DNA of 64,000 nt from assembly GCA_963727625.1 (NCBI GenBank), contig CAVSHR010000009.1, positions 1-64,000 on the forward strand, given 5' to 3'. The notes beneath the pieces are model-generated. The model had not been told where the DNA came from, ran no database searches, and worked only from the letters and a program-made list of their open reading frames with translations. Made by a program: the position numbers and the translations under genes. Origin of the DNA: an uncultured delta proteobacterium (lineage in GTDB: Bacteria > Desulfobacterota > Binatia > UBA9968). Position 1 is the stretch's first letter, and each line of letters starts with the position of its first letter. Positions 59,452 through 64,000 of the stretch are shown one piece after another.

Positions 59452-59922
59452 ATGGGACAGACCGAGCGAAAGCTCATTCTAATCTTCGCGAGCGGCGGCG
59501 GCGTTGGCTTTTCGCCATATTTTCCGGGCACCTTAGGAACTCTAATCGCCGTGCCGGTTTCTCTCGCCGTCAATCGGCTCGCGCAAATCGCGCCGGTGAT
59601 AGCCTTATTTGCGCTTGCTGGATTAATCTTGATCGCGATCGGCTTGGCGGATAAAGCCGCTAGAATTTTAGAGAAAAAAGATCCCCAAATCGTCGTCATC
59701 GACGAGATCGCCGGTTTTGCCGTGGCCAATTTCCTCACCTACAGCGCCAGCGCTGTAGTCATCGCCTTTGTCTTGTTTCGAATATTTGATATTTCAAAGG
59801 TGTTTCCGGTGGGTCGGCTCGAAAAGCTGCCCGGCGGCGCCGGAATCGTTTTGGACGATCTTATGGCTGGGCTGTATACGTTTTTGATTCTCCGGCTGCT
59901 CTTGTTAATAAATCTCGCATGA
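59452..59922 (+). CDS. pgpA: Phosphatidylglycerophosphatase A
   Basis: PGTLGT, DPQIVVIDE, FRIFDISK, GIVLDD. Confidence 0.93.
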   Translation: MGQTERKLILIFASGGGVGFSPYFPGTLGTLIAVPVSLAVNRLAQIAPVIALFALAGLILIAIGLADKAARILEKKDPQIVVIDEIAGFAVANFLTYSASAVVIAFVLFRIFDISKVFPVGRLEKLPGGAGIVLDDLMAGLYTFLILRLLLLINLA

Positions 59923-61157
59923 TTCAAAGCGCGGTACTTTTAAGCACGGGTGACGAGCTTACCACCGGCAAGGTGGTCGATACTAATTCAGCGTTTATCG
60001 CCGAGCGTCTGTTCTCGCTCGGCATCAAAGTGGCCGCCGTGCTAAAAGTCGGTGACGATCGCGACAAGCTCCTCTGGGCCTTTGCGCGCGCACGGGAGCT
60101 TGCCGATTTGATCATCGGTACGGGTGGCCTCGGACCGACGGCGGATGATTTGACTACGGAAATGGTCGCTGAATTCATCGGTGGGAGACTGATTCGAGAC
60201 GAGCAGGTCGCCAGCGGCTTAATGCAACGGTTCGAAACTCGCGGGATTCCCTGGACGGAAAACAATCTCAAGCAAGCGCTTTTTCCCGAAGGCGCGACGA
60301 TCGTTCCCAATCCCGTCGGCACCGCGCCAGGATTTCACGTGAGCCTGGACGAAAACAAAAATCTTTTCTGGCTATCCGGTGTGCCGCAAGAAATGAGCGC
60401 CATGTTCAACGCCACGGTTATGCCTTGGATCGTCGAACAGCAAGGCCAAAACAGAGAGATTTATTCCGGCACGTTTAAAATCTATGGGCTTACGGAATCG
60501 AAGCTGGACAGCCTCGTCAAACCCATCGATCTAGGCGAAGGGGGGAGACTCTCCTTTCGCGCCCATTTTCCCGACTTGACCCTGCGCTTGACGGTGACCG
60601 GCGGCAAGGCTCAAGAAAAAAGTTTCGCTGCAATTTGCGCACGAATCCGCAGCGTTCTTGGCCGACATATCTACGCTGAAGGCGATGTTACCATGGAAGA
60701 TCGAGTCGGCCAGCTGCTTCTCGAAAAGCAGCAAACCCTGGCCCTTGCGGAATCATGCACCGGCGGCTTGATCAGCCGGCGGATTACGCGCATCGCCGGC
60801 AGCTCGGCCTATTACTATGGCGGCGCGGTAACCTATGCCAACGAAGCGAAAGTAAATTTCTTAGGTGTAGAACCGGCGACCCTGGAAAGATACGGCGCCG
60901 TCAGCGAGCAAAGCGCACTGGAAATGTCGCGTGGCATTAGAGAGAGAACCGGTGCAAGTATCGGTCTGAGCGTCACCGGAGTCGCCGGACCGTCCGGCGG
61001 CAGTCCGGAAAAACCGGTCGGCACGGTCTGGATGAGCATCGCGCGGGCGGACTACCACCAAGCCCGCCATTTTCAATTTTACGGCGACCGCGAGCGGGTT
61101 GTTCTGGCGGCCTCTCAGGCCGCGCTCAATTGGCTGCGCACGGCGCTCTTAACTTGA
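59919..61157 (+). CDS. cinA: Competence/damage-inducible protein A (MoCF domain + PncC)
   Basis: GDEL..G..VDTN, GGLGPTADD, AESCTGG, TGVAGPSGG..EKPVG. Confidence 0.93.
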   Translation: MIQSAVLLSTGDELTTGKVVDTNSAFIAERLFSLGIKVAAVLKVGDDRDKLLWAFARARELADLIIGTGGLGPTADDLTTEMVAEFIGGRLIRDEQVASGLMQRFETRGIPWTENNLKQALFPEGATIVPNPVGTAPGFHVSLDENKNLFWLSGVPQEMSAMFNATVMPWIVEQQGQNREIYSGTFKIYGLTESKLDSLVKPIDLGEGGRLSFRAHFPDLTLRLTVTGGKAQEKSFAAICARIRSVLGRHIYAEGDVTMEDRVGQLLLEKQQTLALAESCTGGLISRRITRIAGSSAYYYGGAVTYANEAKVNFLGVEPATLERYGAVSEQSALEMSRGIRERTGASIGLSVTGVAGPSGGSPEKPVGTVWMSIARADYHQARHFQFYGDRERVVLAASQAALNWLRTALLT

Positions 61158-61170
61158 ATCGCCTGAAACT

Positions 61171-61746
61171 GTGATTCGCGCTTTCATTGCCGTTACTCTA
61201 GAGCCCCAAGTCATCGCCAAAATCGCGGCAGCCATCGATCAACTAAAACGGCAGATCCCCAACGTGCGCTGGGTACAGCCGCGCAATCTTCACGTGACGC
61301 TGAAATTCCTCGGCGACATCGATGAAACACTGGTCGAGCCGATCGGCGCCGCGCTGAACCGGCAACTCTGCCTCTTTCCGCGCTGCACCATAAATGCTAA
61401 AGGTTTAGGGGTATTTCCAGGGCTCAAACGACCGCGCGTGTTATGGGTCGACTTGGCCGGTAGCCGATTGGTTTCGTTAGCTTTGAAAATAGAATCTGCG
61501 CTACAGCCCCTTGGTTTTGCGCCGGAGACGAGAACATTCACGCCGCATTTAACCATCGGACGATGGCGGCAGATGGACAGAGTGCCGCGATCGTTCGCTT
61601 GGCAGCTGGAGCCGTGGCAAACCTATGAATTCGGCGCATCCGAAGTCGAGCACGTGAAATTCATTCAAAGCGTGCTAAAACCCGAAGGCGCAAACTATTT
61701 TGAGTTAACAGCGGTGCCGCTAAGCGACCAGCAAGCCGCTCAATAA
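61171..61746 (+). CDS. thpR: RNA 2',3'-cyclic phosphodiesterase
   Basis: [20 protein letters not shown] (two HxT motifs). Confidence 0.92.
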   Translation: MIRAFIAVTLEPQVIAKIAAAIDQLKRQIPNVRWVQPRNLHVTLKFLGDIDETLVEPIGAALNRQLCLFPRCTINAKGLGVFPGLKRPRVLWVDLAGSRLVSLALKIESALQPLGFAPETRTFTPHLTIGRWRQMDRVPRSFAWQLEPWQTYEFGASEVEHVKFIQSVLKPEGANYFELTAVPLSDQQAAQ

Positions 61747-61771
61747 CCCGGCGTTGCGAAGGAGGCAGGAG

Positions 61772-62836
61772 ATGGATGCAAATCGAGAAAAAGCAATCGA
61801 CTTGGCGGTGAGCCAGATCGAACGGCAGTTCGGCAAGGGCGCCATCATGAAGCTGGGCGAAGCCGGTGTGCCCAAAGACCTGCCCGTGCTCTCGACTGGC
61901 TCTCTAGGCCTCGATATCGCGCTGGGAATCGGCGGCGTGCCGCGCGGCCGCGTGATTGAAATTTACGGCCCGGAGTCTTCGGGTAAGACCACGCTGGCCC
62001 TGCACATTGTCGCGGAAGCCCAGAAACTGGGCGGCATGGGCGCGTATATCGATGCGGAACACGCCCTCGACCTCGGCTATGCAAAAAAGCTCGGCGTCAA
62101 TACCGACGAATTGCTGATCTCCCAACCCGATCACGGCGAACAAGCTCTGGAAATCGCCGAGACCCTGGTGCGCAGCGGTGCGATTGACGTGTTGGTCATT
62201 GACTCGGTTGCCGCACTCGTGCCCAAGGCGGAAATCGAGGGCGAGATGGGCGACTCTCACATGGGCTTGCAGGCCCGGCTGATGTCGCAAGCGCTGCGCA
62301 AATTGACCGCTACCATTGCCCGCTCCATGACCGTGGTCATCTTTATCAACCAGATCCGCATGAAGATCGGCGTCATGTTCGGCAACCCGGAAACCACCAC
62401 CGGCGGCAATGCGCTCAAGTTTTACGCTTCAGTGCGCATGGACATCCGGCGCATCGGAGCGCTCAAGGACGGCGACAACATGATTGGCGGCCGCACTCGC
62501 GTCAAGGTCGTCAAGAACAAAGTCGCGCCGCCGTTTAAAGAAGCTGAATTCGACATCCTTTACGGCACCGGCATCTCCCGCGACGGCGAGATCGTTGATC
62601 TTGGCAGCGAGAGTGGCGTCGTCGAAAAGAGCGGCGCTTGGTATTCCTACGGCGGCGAACGCATCGGCCAGGGTCGGGAAGCGGCGAAGAATTTTCTCAA
62701 GGAACACCCCGAGACGGCCAACGAGATTATGGGCAAAGTCATGGAAAAAATAGGCATAAAACGGACCGCGTCCGATTCTGCGGCGGCGAGCGTCGTAGCT
62801 GCCCCGGATAAGAAAGAAAAAGGCAAAGGCAAATAG
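61772..62836 (+). CDS. recA: Recombinase A
   Basis: [35 protein letters not shown]. Confidence 0.99.
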   Translation: MDANREKAIDLAVSQIERQFGKGAIMKLGEAGVPKDLPVLSTGSLGLDIALGIGGVPRGRVIEIYGPESSGKTTLALHIVAEAQKLGGMGAYIDAEHALDLGYAKKLGVNTDELLISQPDHGEQALEIAETLVRSGAIDVLVIDSVAALVPKAEIEGEMGDSHMGLQARLMSQALRKLTATIARSMTVVIFINQIRMKIGVMFGNPETTTGGNALKFYASVRMDIRRIGALKDGDNMIGGRTRVKVVKNKVAPPFKEAEFDILYGTGISRDGEIVDLGSESGVVEKSGAWYSYGGERIGQGREAAKNFLKEHPETANEIMGKVMEKIGIKRTASDSAAASVVAAPDKKEKGKGK

Positions 62837-62848
62837 TTTACAAAGTTA

Positions 62849-64000
<1,152 letters not shown>

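Overview
A GC-rich bacterial chromosomal segment, mostly core and metabolic genes. Gene content (Rieske oxygenase, PhtD-like and NMT1-like binding proteins, CoxSMG, MetE-like, pgpA-cinA-thpR-recA-recX-alaS) suggests a 'deltaproteobacterial' lineage such as Ca. Binatia; this is inference. About 60 CDS and one tRNA-Gly(CCC) are supported. Main observations: (1) an exported rhodanese whose active-site Cys codon is an in-frame TGA followed by a SECIS-like hairpin, i.e. a probable selenoprotein missed by the ORF track, in a SCO-VKOR/Trx-rhodanese-queC operon; (2) a four-gene operon (cupin, atypical asparaginase-fold protein, Co-type nitrile/thiocyanate-hydrolase subunit with an unusual repeated N-terminal extension, separate SH3-like subunit); (3) a 229-bp MITE with 17-bp TIRs and a 5-bp TSD inside a decayed gene; (4) a trpF-like gene with one in-frame TAG, and recX lacking a canonical start while in frame with recA; (5) incomplete modules (coxSMG without coxL, DUF58/VWA without MoxR, PgaC/PgaA-like without deacetylase) and an AT-richer decaying glycosylation islet. 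No homology searches were run; calls rest on recognised motifs.
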